From contig PBYL01000160.1 in assembly GCA_002729595.1 (NCBI GenBank), positions 11,957 through 35,956 on the forward strand: DNA of 24,000 bases, in the 5' to 3' direction. This stretch comes from Thalassovita sp. (GTDB taxonomy: Bacteria > Bacteroidota > Bacteroidia > Cytophagales > Flammeovirgaceae). A program made the translations under genes and the position numbers. Of the stretch, positions 1 through 8,589 are shown piece after piece; within the stretch, counting starts at the first letter, position 1; each line of letters opens with the position of its first letter. The notes below the pieces were generated by a model. The model ran no database searches, had not been told where the DNA came from, and saw only the letters and a program-made list of their open reading frames with translations.

Positions 1-1
1 T

Positions 2-1906
2 TTTGAAGATCTACCGGGAAATAACACTGTAGAATCTTTGCGTAGAGACTTTAGCTTCGGCAGTAATGATAACTTTCTGGTTTTTATCGACCCATTCGAT
101 GACCAAACAAATGGTTTCTCTTTTGGAGCCAATGCTGCTGGTGCGCAATGGGATGGTCTCATGGCAAATGGAGGTTCTGTAGAGCTTAGTTGGGATAACA
201 AATGGTATTCAACTGTAAAACAGTATACAGATAAATGGGTGTTTGAGGCGGCAATTCCTTTTAAGACGATTAGATATAAAAAGGGGATAACCAAGTGGGG
301 AATCAATTTTAGCCGATTAGATTTAAAGCGAAATGAAAAATCTTCTTGGGCACCAGTGCCAAGGCAATTCCCAAGCGCTTCTTTGGCATATACAGGTATT
401 TTGCAATGGGATGCACCTCCGCCAGAAGCCGGAATGAATGTTTCGGTAATTCCTTATGTGCTTGCAGATGTACAAAAGAATCATGAATCTGGTGAAAACA
501 CCAAAACAGGTATGGAAGTAGGCGGGGATGCAAAAATTTCGATCACTTCTTCATTGAATTTAGATTTAACTGTAAACCCAGATTTTTCGCAGGTAGAAGT
601 TGATAGGCAAGTAACTAACCTAAGCCGTTTCGAATTATTCTTTCCGGAACGCAGGCAGTTCTTTCTAGAAAACAGTGATTTGTTTGCCAATTTTGGAACA
701 GATAATCTTCGTCCATTTTTCTCGCGAAGAATAGGATTAAATAGTCCGATTAGGTTTGGTGCCAGATTAAGTGGCAAGCTGAATAAAAACTGGCGTATTG
801 GTGCAATGAATATCCAAACTGAAAAAGTGGATAGCCTTGGAATGCCCGCTTTCAATTATGCAGTAGCTGCTATTCAGAGACAAGTTTTTGCACGCTCTAA
901 TATTTCTTTAATCTATATAGATAAAGCAGCATTAAATTATACACCTGCTGCAACAGATGAGAATCAGTTTTCTAAATACAATAGAAACTTGGGTTTAGAA
1001 TATAACTTGGCTTCTGCGAACAATTTCTGGACGGGTAAAATGGTCTTGCATAAAAATTTTAGACCAGATGTAGATACAGCTACATTTATGCATGCTACAG
1101 AATTGAATTACGATTCGAAGAATCTATCGGTAACATGGCAACATGAGTATGTTGGAGAAAACTACAATCCTGAAACCGGCTATATTCCCAGAAAAGATTA
1201 TATAAAAGGGCAGCCGGAAGTATCGTATCGTTTCTTCCCACAAAATTGGAAAGGTGTAGTAAGTCATGGGCCTTTTGCGGGTTCGTCTTTGTACTTTACA
1301 CCAGATGTAGATTATACAGAATCGGAGTCTTATGTGGGTTATGGAATTAGTTTTCTTAATAGAAGTAGTTTTGATTTTTGGGTAGCAAACAATTATTTAA
1401 AGTTACGTCAAGATTTTGACCCTACAAACAGTGGTGGTGATGTGCTACTTGCCGGAACAGATTATTCGTGGAACTCGGTTGGGTTTACATATGCTTCTAA
1501 ACCTTATAGTCTTTTAACTTATGAGTTACTTTCTGGCTATGGAGGCTATTTTGAAGGAGACCGTTTAAATTTTGACCTAACACTTGGGTATCGTTTTCAG
1601 CCTTATGTGAGTCTTTCATCTAAAGTTTCTTACAACAAGATATCGCTACCTGCTCCATTGAATAGTGCAGACTTTTGGTTGGTAAGCCCAAGGCTCGATA
1701 TCACATTTACTAATAAGATGTTTTTAACTACATTTTTACAGTATAACAGCCAAGCAGATAATACGAATTTGAATGTACGCTTTCAGTGGAGGTACCAGCC
1801 AGCCTCAGATTTATATATAGTATATACAGATAATTATTTCCCAGAAGATTTTACTTCTAAGAATAGAGCATTGGTTTTAAAATTTACCTATTGGTGGAAT
1901 ATTTAG
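2..1906 (+). CDS. DUF5916-type outer-membrane / CBM9(DOMON)-like carbohydrate-binding protein, 5'-truncated by the window edge
   Basis: The frame is open from nt 2, with no stop before the TTG at 38 used by the ORF track, so the gene begins upstream of the window. The N-terminal part (FGANAAGAQWDG...SWDNKW...WVFEAAIPF) resembles a CBM9/DOMON-like sandwich. The block NPDFSQVEVDRQVTNLSRFELFFPERRQFFLE and the aromatic-rich C-terminus ending LVLKFTYWWNI (beta-barrel-like last strand) fit my recollection of the Bacteroidota DUF5916 family. The family name is from memory, not a search. Confidence 0.75.
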   Translation, partial: FEDLPGNNTVESLRRDFSFGSNDNFLVFIDPFDDQTNGFSFGANAAGAQWDGLMANGGSVELSWDNKWYSTVKQYTDKWVFEAAIPFKTIRYKKGITKWGINFSRLDLKRNEKSSWAPVPRQFPSASLAYTGILQWDAPPPEAGMNVSVIPYVLADVQKNHESGENTKTGMEVGGDAKISITSSLNLDLTVNPDFSQVEVDRQVTNLSRFELFFPERRQFFLENSDLFANFGTDNLRPFFSRRIGLNSPIRFGARLSGKLNKNWRIGAMNIQTEKVDSLGMPAFNYAVAAIQRQVFARSNISLIYIDKAALNYTPAATDENQFSKYNRNLGLEYNLASANNFWTGKMVLHKNFRPDVDTATFMHATELNYDSKNLSVTWQHEYVGENYNPETGYIPRKDYIKGQPEVSYRFFPQNWKGVVSHGPFAGSSLYFTPDVDYTESESYVGYGISFLNRSSFDFWVANNYLKLRQDFDPTNSGGDVLLAGTDYSWNSVGFTYASKPYSLLTYELLSGYGGYFEGDRLNFDLTLGYRFQPYVSLSSKVSYNKISLPAPLNSADFWLVSPRLDITFTNKMFLTTFLQYNSQADNTNLNVRFQWRYQPASDLYIVYTDNYFPEDFTSKNRALVLKFTYWWNI

Positions 1907-2176
1907 CTTGGTTAACAATTCTCAACAATACAGCCTAAAAACAGGAATTTTTCATAAAAAATAAACTTAATTTTGCGGTTTGCGTTTCTCTTGCGGTACT
2001 GAAAAGTATTTCTGGGCAATGCGAAATATTTATGTAATTGCGGGTTTACTTTCGGGTATCAAAGACATTACAATAAACACATAAACATGAACTTTAGGTG
2101 AAATTTGCTGGGAGACGGTAATTTTTGCCACAAAAGTCGATTAATACATAAACCAAGACAAGTGTCAGAACAACCA

Positions 2177-2503
2177 ATGAAACAATTAGATTATCCTGTA
2201 GTAAGCAGGCTGTTTCCTTACTACGGAGTTACTTGTAAAATCAGTTTCGGCTGTTACGATGATGGAATGATTAGAGGATTTATCGCTATTCCATTTGATG
2301 AGCCAGTTTACCGATTTTCTTTTACAAGCAGCATCGTTTATAACAAGTTTAAGAAGAAAGTACTCGAATTTTCTGATACAGAAATTCAGAATTATGTAGA
2401 TAAAATCATAAAGTCCAATAAGACGGATGGTCAACCGGGCTTTTTAGAATTGAAAGATGTAATTATACCTTTCTTACAAATTAGAAGATATACCTGCCAA
2501 TAA
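2177..2503 (+). CDS. hypothetical protein (about 108 aa from the ATG)
   Basis: The ORF track gives 2105..2503 from a TTG. The first in-frame ATG is at 2177 (MKQLDYPVV...). I recognise no motif. A strong hairpin plus T-run follows immediately at 2491-2522, which supports a real transcription unit. Confidence 0.45.
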   Translation: MKQLDYPVVSRLFPYYGVTCKISFGCYDDGMIRGFIAIPFDEPVYRFSFTSSIVYNKFKKKVLEFSDTEIQNYVDKIIKSNKTDGQPGFLELKDVIIPFLQIRRYTCQ

Positions 2504-2522
2504 ATATGGCAGGTATTTTTTT
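2491..2522 (+). terminator. rho-independent terminator
   Basis: A perfect 9-bp stem TACCTGCCA / TGGCAGGTA (2491-2499 and 2507-2515) encloses a 7-nt loop and is followed by a run of seven T. It overlaps the stop of the 2177..2503 ORF and sits 2 nt from the stop of the convergent sulfatase gene. Confidence 0.8.
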
Positions 2523-2523
2523 G

Positions 2524-3963
2524 CTATTGGCTTTCCTCCGTATTAAATAGAGGCCAGTTGGGGTCGTGAACATGAGCCGAGTTTGCAATATCAACTAAAG
2601 TTTTAAGTACTTCCGGTTCTTGGTTTGCCAAGTTAGTTTCTTCTGATGGGTCAGTATCGAGATTGTAAAGTTCCCAGTCACCATTAGGATTTTTGTAAAC
2701 ATCAGTTCTTACAGCTTTCCAATTATCTTTTCTTACAGCTTGGCTTTTTCCTCCTTCATAAAATTCAAAATACAGGAATTCTTTAGCTTTTTGTTGCCCA
2801 CCTTTTAATGCGGCTAGGTAAGAAGTACCATCAGTATTTTCGGGAGCAGGTACGCCACCAATTTCACAAGCTGTTGGTAGAAAATCGACAAAGCTAGAAG
2901 CATGTGAAGAAGTGCTTCTAGCTTTTATAGTTTCTGGCCAGCGAGCAATAAACGGAATTCTGATGCCACCCTCATACAAATCTCTTTTACCGCCACGATA
3001 AATACCATTGCTATCAAAAAAGCGCGTAAAACCAACTGTTTCTTGCATTGGTCCATTATCGCTAGTGAAAATAATTAGGGTGTTTTCTCCTAATCCTAAT
3101 GAGTCAATTTTTGCAGTAATTTTTCCCACATAGTTATCAAGTCTTTCTATCATGGCAGCATAACCTAAACTGTCTGATGCCCAGTCTTCATTTTTGTAAC
3201 TACCGTAATCTGGTACCTCTTGTTTTTGCCCTTCGGGAGCTTCGCCATTGTTATGAGGGACAGTATAAGGGAGATATAGAAAAAATGGGGAATTATGGTT
3301 AGCATCAATAAATGAAAGTGCTTCATTTGTAAAAAGATCATTAGAATATTCTTTCTTTACAGTGGAATAACTGCCTAATCCACCGTGCCATTCTGTGCTA
3401 TCTAAATAATTTACTTCATTGTCGAGATAGATTTTTTCTTCATTCTTGATCAAGTATTCAGGATAGTAATTATGTGCTAAAACCTGATCGGTGTAACCAT
3501 AAAAATAATCCCAACCTTGTTTGTTTGGGCTGCCTTCTGTTTCCACATTACCCAATCCCCATTTACCGATCATTCCGGTTGTATATCCACCTTGTTTCAT
3601 TAACTCTGCAACAGTAACCATTTGAGATGGCAAAGGCATTTGACCAGAAGGTTGCCATTGTTTGTTACCACGCACAGCCGCATGGCCCATATGCATACCT
3701 GTCATCAACACACAACGAGAAGGTGCACATACAGAAGTACCTGCATAATGATCTGTAAATCGCATGCCTTGATTGGCCAACTTATCTATGTTAGGTGTTT
3801 TAATGAGTTGTTGACCATAGCAACCAACATCGGCATAGCCCATGTCGTCGGCCATAATGTAGATAATATTCGGCTTGGTGCTTTTTACTTCCTTAACAGT
3901 TGTATTTTCATTCTGGCAAGCGGCCAGTATAAATAGAAATATCAGGTATGCTAAATTTTTCAT
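2524..3963 (-). CDS. arylsulfatase (type I, formylglycine-dependent sulfatase family), predicted lipoprotein
   Basis: The N-terminus MKNLAYLIFLFILAAC has an SpII-like lipobox (LAAC). The metal-binding start is IIYIMADDMGYADVGCYG. The sulfatase signature CAPSRCVLMTG carries the C-x-P-x-R formylglycine motif. The C-terminal part has FTSDNGP and GGKRDLYEGGIRIPF, typical of S1 sulfatases. Confidence 0.92.
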   Translation of the reverse strand: MKNLAYLIFLFILAACQNENTTVKEVKSTKPNIIYIMADDMGYADVGCYGQQLIKTPNIDKLANQGMRFTDHYAGTSVCAPSRCVLMTGMHMGHAAVRGNKQWQPSGQMPLPSQMVTVAELMKQGGYTTGMIGKWGLGNVETEGSPNKQGWDYFYGYTDQVLAHNYYPEYLIKNEEKIYLDNEVNYLDSTEWHGGLGSYSTVKKEYSNDLFTNEALSFIDANHNSPFFLYLPYTVPHNNGEAPEGQKQEVPDYGSYKNEDWASDSLGYAAMIERLDNYVGKITAKIDSLGLGENTLIIFTSDNGPMQETVGFTRFFDSNGIYRGGKRDLYEGGIRIPFIARWPETIKARSTSSHASSFVDFLPTACEIGGVPAPENTDGTSYLAALKGGQQKAKEFLYFEFYEGGKSQAVRKDNWKAVRTDVYKNPNGDWELYNLDTDPSEETNLANQEPEVLKTLVDIANSAHVHDPNWPLFNTEESQ

Positions 3964-4086
3964 CTATCATATTTTAAAATAATAATCCTAGAAATTTACA
4001 AAATTGCACACCTGATTCTATCCTGCTCTGGGCTGATGCCAGAAAAAACACAGATCAAAAGGAATAATCTTTCACGAAAATATTTT

Positions 4087-5085
4087 TTAAGGCTCGTTAC
4101 TAGCTACTGTGTTAGGCGAAGTAAACTTTTCAACCTGATGCTCAATCGGATCAAGACTCATTAAATAAGCATACATATCTGTAAGGTCTCGTTCTGAAAG
4201 TCCCGCATAGTAAGTCCACGGCATAAAGCTGTTAAATTCTCCTTGTTGAACTTCATAAGCGACAAAACTAGAATCTTGAAATTGTTTAAATCTATCAACA
4301 AACTGGGCTTCTGACCATTTGCCTATACCAGTTTCTTGATCAGGAGTAATGTTTGCAGAGCGAACAACTCCACCAGTAGGCACAGGAAATTCAAATCCAC
4401 CAGCATAAGCCATGTCTTCTAAATACTGACCCTGCTCTTGCATGGTGTGGCAATCGAAACAAGCAGCAGCGGTAATCAAATACTTTCCTCTACTTATTGC
4501 ATCTTGCCCTTCGTATTTAAGTGAGTGTGTACCTTGTTGAGGCATTGTATGTACAATAATATCTACCGGAAAATCTAATTCTCTTGCAGGAGTTGCTTTG
4601 GCAATAGGGTCTAAAGTTTTGATGTAGGCAATGATAGAGTAAATATCTTCTTTTTCAAGTTGACCATAACTTGTGTAAGGCATAATCGGGAATAATGGGC
4701 TTCCATCTTTGCTTACACCAGCAGTTATTGCTCTGTAAAGTTCGCCATCTGTCCAGTCTTTAAGTGTATGTTGTGTAATATTAGGGGCTATAAGGTGGCC
4801 GGGGAAGTTTAATTCTGGGCTCCACTTTTCACCGCCACTGCCTTTGCTATGCTCAAAAGTTGGCCCGGTGTATTTTGTCCAATCTCTTTCGGCATGGCAG
4901 TCTAAACAACCCATTACATTGTTAGCAAGATATTCTCCTCGTGCTAATCTCTCGGGAGTAGCTTCAATAGTTAGTTCAGGTGCTTCAATGTCTGGTAAAC
5001 CGGTTTTTATATAGGTGATAGCACAAACCACAATTAGCAATAGAACTGTAACAAACAGTGCAGCAATCTTTATTATGTTTTTCAT
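4087..5085 (-). CDS. membrane-anchored di-heme c-type cytochrome
   Basis: There is one N-terminal TM helix (IIKIAALFVTVLLLIVVCAITYI). Two CxxCH heme-binding motifs (CLDCH and CFDCH) are each followed at a distance by a candidate axial Met (PIMPY, SFMPW). This is the typical third subunit or electron acceptor of membrane-bound molybdenum hydroxylases. Confidence 0.85.
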   Translation of the reverse strand: MKNIIKIAALFVTVLLLIVVCAITYIKTGLPDIEAPELTIEATPERLARGEYLANNVMGCLDCHAERDWTKYTGPTFEHSKGSGGEKWSPELNFPGHLIAPNITQHTLKDWTDGELYRAITAGVSKDGSPLFPIMPYTSYGQLEKEDIYSIIAYIKTLDPIAKATPARELDFPVDIIVHTMPQQGTHSLKYEGQDAISRGKYLITAAACFDCHTMQEQGQYLEDMAYAGGFEFPVPTGGVVRSANITPDQETGIGKWSEAQFVDRFKQFQDSSFVAYEVQQGEFNSFMPWTYYAGLSERDLTDMYAYLMSLDPIEHQVEKFTSPNTVASNEP

Positions 5086-5594
5086 TTTTAATTAAATTGA
5101 ATAAGAATTCGTCTAACAGGCTAGTCTATGATTGCAAGTTGAAAGAATGGTTCGTTTGGGAAGATTGGATATTGCAATTAAGAATGACACTAATTCTTTG
5201 TTAGGTATGTATTGTGAATATATAAAAAATGTAACCTTCTAATGCTTTGTTTGAGGAGTTTGTAGCAGCTTTATAGCTAATTTAGAATTAGTTTAATTTT
5301 TTTTTAGACAGCATGAAACTCAAATAAAAGGCTCTTGTGTTGAGGGTATAAGTTCAACCATCTAATTTTCTCCCACCCATACAAGGTGATTTTAAATATT
5401 TAATCCAGATTTTTTCTTTATTGAATAATAATCTTTTTAAGTTTATTAACCTATATTAAGACTAAACGATTTAGGAGAAAACCAGGGCGGTTTTTAGTTA
5501 TGTGACCATCGATAATTAAACTTGTAAAATCGCTAGTATGCGGTGTTATTTATAAGTTAGCAACTAGAATCATTTGTATACATAAAACTTGAAT
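5086..5594. promoter_or_regulatory. long divergent control region between the cytochrome c gene and the Mo-hydroxylase operon
   Basis: About 500 bp contain no ORF of 60 aa or more on either strand. The region is AT-rich and flanked by two divergent starts, so both promoters must lie here. I could not identify specific boxes with confidence. Confidence 0.35.
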
Positions 5595-6056
5595 ATGGCT
5601 ACTTACAAAATCAAAGTAAACGGAAAGGTGCATCAAGTAGACGTTGAACCAGATACGCCAATTTTATGGGTTTTGCGAGACAATCTCGATCTCGTAGGAA
5701 CTAAGTTTGGCTGTGGTATAGCTCTATGTGGTGCGTGTACTGTACATTTAAATGGTAATGCTGCTCGCTCTTGCTCACTGCCTATAAGCGCAGTAGGTGA
5801 ACAAGAAATTGTTACTATCGAAGGTTTGTCAGAAAAAGCAGAACATGCTGTTCAACAAGCATGGCTGGAACACGATGTTCCTCAATGTGGATACTGTCAG
5901 GCAGGTCAAATTATGAGTGCTGCTTCTCTACTTTCTCAAAATCCTAATCCTACCGATCAGGATATTGATGATGCTATGAATGGAAACATTTGTAGATGTG
6001 GTACTTATGTGCGCATAAAAGCTGCCATTAAAACAGCAGCATCAAAAATGAGCTAA
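5595..6056 (+). CDS. (2Fe-2S)-binding small subunit of a molybdenum hydroxylase (IorA / aldehyde oxidoreductase small-subunit type)
   Basis: The plant-ferredoxin-like cluster motif is [12 protein letters not shown]...C, and the second cluster motif is [10 protein letters not shown]...CRCGTY. The size (about 153 aa from the ATG at 5595; the track uses the TTG at 5589) and the large-subunit gene 19 nt downstream fit the family. Confidence 0.92.
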   Translation: MATYKIKVNGKVHQVDVEPDTPILWVLRDNLDLVGTKFGCGIALCGACTVHLNGNAARSCSLPISAVGEQEIVTIEGLSEKAEHAVQQAWLEHDVPQCGYCQAGQIMSAASLLSQNPNPTDQDIDDAMNGNICRCGTYVRIKAAIKTAASKMS

Positions 6057-6074
6057 CACTAAAAACCCGAATTT

Positions 6075-8267
6075 ATGACATTAATAAAGACAAAATATAA
6101 CAGAAGATCATTTCTGAAGGTATCATCTGCTGCTGGTGGCGGATTAATGATAGGCTTTAACTGGCTGGCTTCTTGCCAACCGGCAGACAAGCCTGTTACA
6201 AAAGCTCCTCCGAAAGAGTGGTTTGAGATTAATGCCTTTGTGAAAATAGGAGATAATGGACAGGTAACTATCATGTCGCCCAATCCAGAAATTGGCCAGA
6301 ATGTGAAAACATCTATGCCAATGATTGTGGCTGAAGAACTAGATGTAAACTGGAGCGATGTAATTGTAGAACAAGCTCACCTTAGCACGATAAAATATAA
6401 GCGTCAGATTGCTGGTGGTAGCCAGTCTATTAGAGCAGGGTGGGAAAGTTTAAGAATGGCAGGTGCAACCGCCAAAAGGTTGTTGATGGAAGCTGCTGCT
6501 AAACAGTGGGAAGTTCCCGTAACTGAACTTACTGCTGAAAATGGCGTGATTTCTCATGCTGGTTCTGGTAAATCAATTGGTTATGGTGAAGTAGCAAGCG
6601 CTGCTGCTAAAATTGAAATTCCAGAAAAAATTGAGCTTAAAGATCCGAAAGATTTTAAAATTATAGGTAAAGCTACCAAGAATGTTGATGGTAAAAAGAT
6701 TGTTACTGGTCAGCGGCTATTTGGATTAGACTTCAAAAAAGAAGGAATGCTTTACGCAATGATTATTCATGCCCCTGCTTTTGGTATGAAGATCAAAGAC
6801 TATGATGCATCTGAGGTAAAAAGTATGCCGGGTATTAAAGATGTATTCACTGTACAGACTGCACCAGAAGAACCGCAATGGTCAGATGTAAATGGTTTCC
6901 CTGAATTGGTAGCCATCGTTGGTGAAAGCACTTGGCAGGTAATGAAAGCCAAAAAAGCATTAAAAGTTAACTGGGAGCAAGATTCTGCACCAGATAGCAC
7001 AGACGATTATGTAGCCAGACTAGACAAAGCTGTAAACTCTGGTGAAATGGAAGTTGCCAGAAAAGATGGTGACCCAGAAACTGCTTTTAAAAATGCGGCT
7101 AAGATTGTTGAGAAAACATACAGTGCGCCATTCCTTCCTCATAATACCATGGAGCCAATGAACTTTTTTGCTGATGTTACCAGTGAAAAAGCAGATTTAA
7201 TTGGTCCAATCCAAACTCCAGAAAGTTTGAGAAAAAGTGCTTCTATGTTGTTGGGTTTATCAGAAGACAACATCAACGTAGAGATGACAAGAATGGGTGG
7301 TGGTTTTGGTAGAAGACTTTACGGAAACTTCGGATTAGAAGCGGCTGCTATTTCTCAAAAGATGGGTGCACCTATCAAGATGATTTACACCCGAGAAGAC
7401 GACATGACCCAAGGTACTTACAGACCTGCCTACAATGTAAAATACAGAGCTGCTTTAGATGCCAACAACGAGTTGATCGGTTTCCATATTAAAGCGGCTG
7501 GTATTCAAGATTCTCCATTGTTTGCAAACAGATTCCCTGCGGGCGCTGTAGAAAACTACTTGGCAGAAGGCACCAGAATCGATTCTAATATCTCAACTGG
7601 CGCATGGCGTGCACCAAGATCAAACTTTGTGGCTGGTGCAGAGCAATCGTTTTTAGATGAAGTAGCAGAAGCTGCTGGTAAAGACCCAGTAACTTTTAGA
7701 CTAGAGTTATTCGAAAAGTCTATCAACAATCCGGTAGGTGAGAAGAATGACTACGAAGCAGAAAGATACGCAGGTGTTTTAAAATTACTTAAAGAGAAAG
7801 CCAACTGGGGTAAAGAAGCTCCGGGAGTTTATAGAGGTATTTCTGCTTATTTCTGCCATAACTCTTATGTTGGGCAAGTGGTAGATGTAGTAATTGAAAA
7901 CAATAAGCCTAAAGTGCAAAAAGTTTGGTGCGCTGTAGACTGCGGTATCGTAGTAAACCCAGAAGGAGCACTAAACCAGATCGAAGGTGGTATTGTAGAC
8001 GGTATCGGTCATGCGATGTATGGTGCAATTACTTTTAAAGGTGGTTCAGCAGAGCAAAGTAACTTTGATAAATACAGACTGATTAGACATAGTGAAGCAC
8101 CAGCAGAAGTAGAGGTGTTCTTCGTAGAAAATGGCTTACATCCAACTGGTTTGGGAGAACCATCCCTACCACCGGTTATGGCTGCTTTGGCAAACGCTAT
8201 GTATAAAGCTACTGGCAAAAGATTGTATAGCCAGCCTTTCGCACAGAAAGATATTGTAACAGGCTAA
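6075..8267 (+). CDS. molybdopterin-binding large subunit of a molybdenum hydroxylase (IorB / xanthine-dehydrogenase family), TAT-exported
   Basis: The twin-arginine signal NRRSFLKVSSAAGGGLMIGF matches S/T-R-R-x-F-L-K. The protein also has MGGGFGRRL (Moco-binding GGGFG box) and WRAPRSNF, is 730 aa, and follows the 2Fe-2S subunit directly. Confidence 0.9.
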   Translation: MTLIKTKYNRRSFLKVSSAAGGGLMIGFNWLASCQPADKPVTKAPPKEWFEINAFVKIGDNGQVTIMSPNPEIGQNVKTSMPMIVAEELDVNWSDVIVEQAHLSTIKYKRQIAGGSQSIRAGWESLRMAGATAKRLLMEAAAKQWEVPVTELTAENGVISHAGSGKSIGYGEVASAAAKIEIPEKIELKDPKDFKIIGKATKNVDGKKIVTGQRLFGLDFKKEGMLYAMIIHAPAFGMKIKDYDASEVKSMPGIKDVFTVQTAPEEPQWSDVNGFPELVAIVGESTWQVMKAKKALKVNWEQDSAPDSTDDYVARLDKAVNSGEMEVARKDGDPETAFKNAAKIVEKTYSAPFLPHNTMEPMNFFADVTSEKADLIGPIQTPESLRKSASMLLGLSEDNINVEMTRMGGGFGRRLYGNFGLEAAAISQKMGAPIKMIYTREDDMTQGTYRPAYNVKYRAALDANNELIGFHIKAAGIQDSPLFANRFPAGAVENYLAEGTRIDSNISTGAWRAPRSNFVAGAEQSFLDEVAEAAGKDPVTFRLELFEKSINNPVGEKNDYEAERYAGVLKLLKEKANWGKEAPGVYRGISAYFCHNSYVGQVVDVVIENNKPKVQKVWCAVDCGIVVNPEGALNQIEGGIVDGIGHAMYGAITFKGGSAEQSNFDKYRLIRHSEAPAEVEVFFVENGLHPTGLGEPSLPPVMAALANAMYKATGKRLYSQPFAQKDIVTG

Positions 8268-8290
8268 TATCTAAATTTTGTACATATTTA

Positions 8291-8326
8291 AAAGCAGGTT
8301 TATATTATATAAACTTGCTTTTTTTA
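8291..8326 (+). terminator. rho-independent terminator after the Mo-hydroxylase operon
   Basis: The stem AAAGCAGGTTTATA / TATAAACTTGCTTT is about 14 bp with one G-T wobble and a 3-nt loop. A T-run through about 8325 follows. It lies 24 nt after the large-subunit stop. Confidence 0.75.
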
Positions 8327-8339
8327 TGTGGTTTTTCAT

Positions 8340-8552
8340 TTATTCTTCCTTTTTATCCACCTTATCTACAATAGATTTAAACTTGTCGTCAAACTTTTGG
8401 TTGAGCCATTCGTCTATTACATCTCGCCTAAATCTCCACTCTTTGCCTAACTTAACTGCGGGAATACTTCCTTTTTGCGCCCAAGTATAAATAGTCTGCG
8501 GTTTCATTTTCAGATAATTTGCTACTTCTTCTAGTGTCATAATATTATCCAT
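8340..8552 (-). CDS. excisionase-family (HTH_17 / MerR-like) helix-turn-helix DNA-binding protein
   Basis: The 70-aa protein contains LTLEEVANYLKMKPQTIYTWAQKGSIPAVKLGKEWRFRRDVIDEWL. This is the classic pattern of short excisionase-type HTH proteins (T/S-x-x-E-x-A-x-x-L...TIY.W...G.(I/L)P..K(I/L)G..WRF....(I/L).W(I/L)). Confidence 0.85.
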   Translation of the reverse strand: MDNIMTLEEVANYLKMKPQTIYTWAQKGSIPAVKLGKEWRFRRDVIDEWLNQKFDDKFKSIVDKVDKKEE

Positions 8553-8589
8553 ATGTTGATTGAATTTTAGATAAAACCGATTATTCTAT

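Noticed and set aside
309-855. Two minus-strand ORFs (309..533, 481..855) inside the DUF5916-type gene
   Set aside because: They lie entirely antisense to a long ORF with clear family motifs. Their products are low-complexity and motif-free, so they are shadow ORFs.
2105-2434. TTG start at 2105 for the hypothetical protein, and the antisense ORF 2186..2434
   Set aside because: The residues before the first ATG (2177) have no signal-peptide or domain character, so I prefer the ATG. The antisense ORF has no supporting feature, whereas the plus-strand ORF ends at a strong terminator.
3622-3936. Plus-strand 104-aa ORF inside the sulfatase gene
   Set aside because: It is antisense to the best-supported part of the sulfatase (the CAPSR region). 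Its His/Cys/Arg-rich translation is typical of a reverse-frame artefact.
5086-5594. Riboswitch (e.g. Moco-sensing RNA) or small protein gene in the long spacer upstream of the Mo-hydroxylase operon
   Set aside because: I could not recognise the conserved stems or loops of the Moco motif or any convincing GC-rich helices, and no ORF of meaningful length is present. This needs a covariance-model scan and cannot be called from inspection.
6059-8218. Minus-strand ORFs 6059..6283, 6800..7000 and 8009..8218 within the Moco large-subunit gene
   Set aside because: All three are antisense shadows of a 730-aa ORF with a TAT signal and a GGGFGRR box.
8278-8490. Plus-strand 70-aa ORF overlapping the HTH gene
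   Set aside because: The minus-strand product has an unmistakable excisionase-type HTH pattern. The plus-strand product is a hydrophobic, low-complexity translation that begins inside the upstream terminator.
8340-8552. Excisionase-type HTH as the marker of a prophage or integrative element boundary
   Set aside because: The window contains no integrase, recombinase, tRNA attachment site, phage structural gene or conjugation gene. I could not identify flanking direct repeats by eye.
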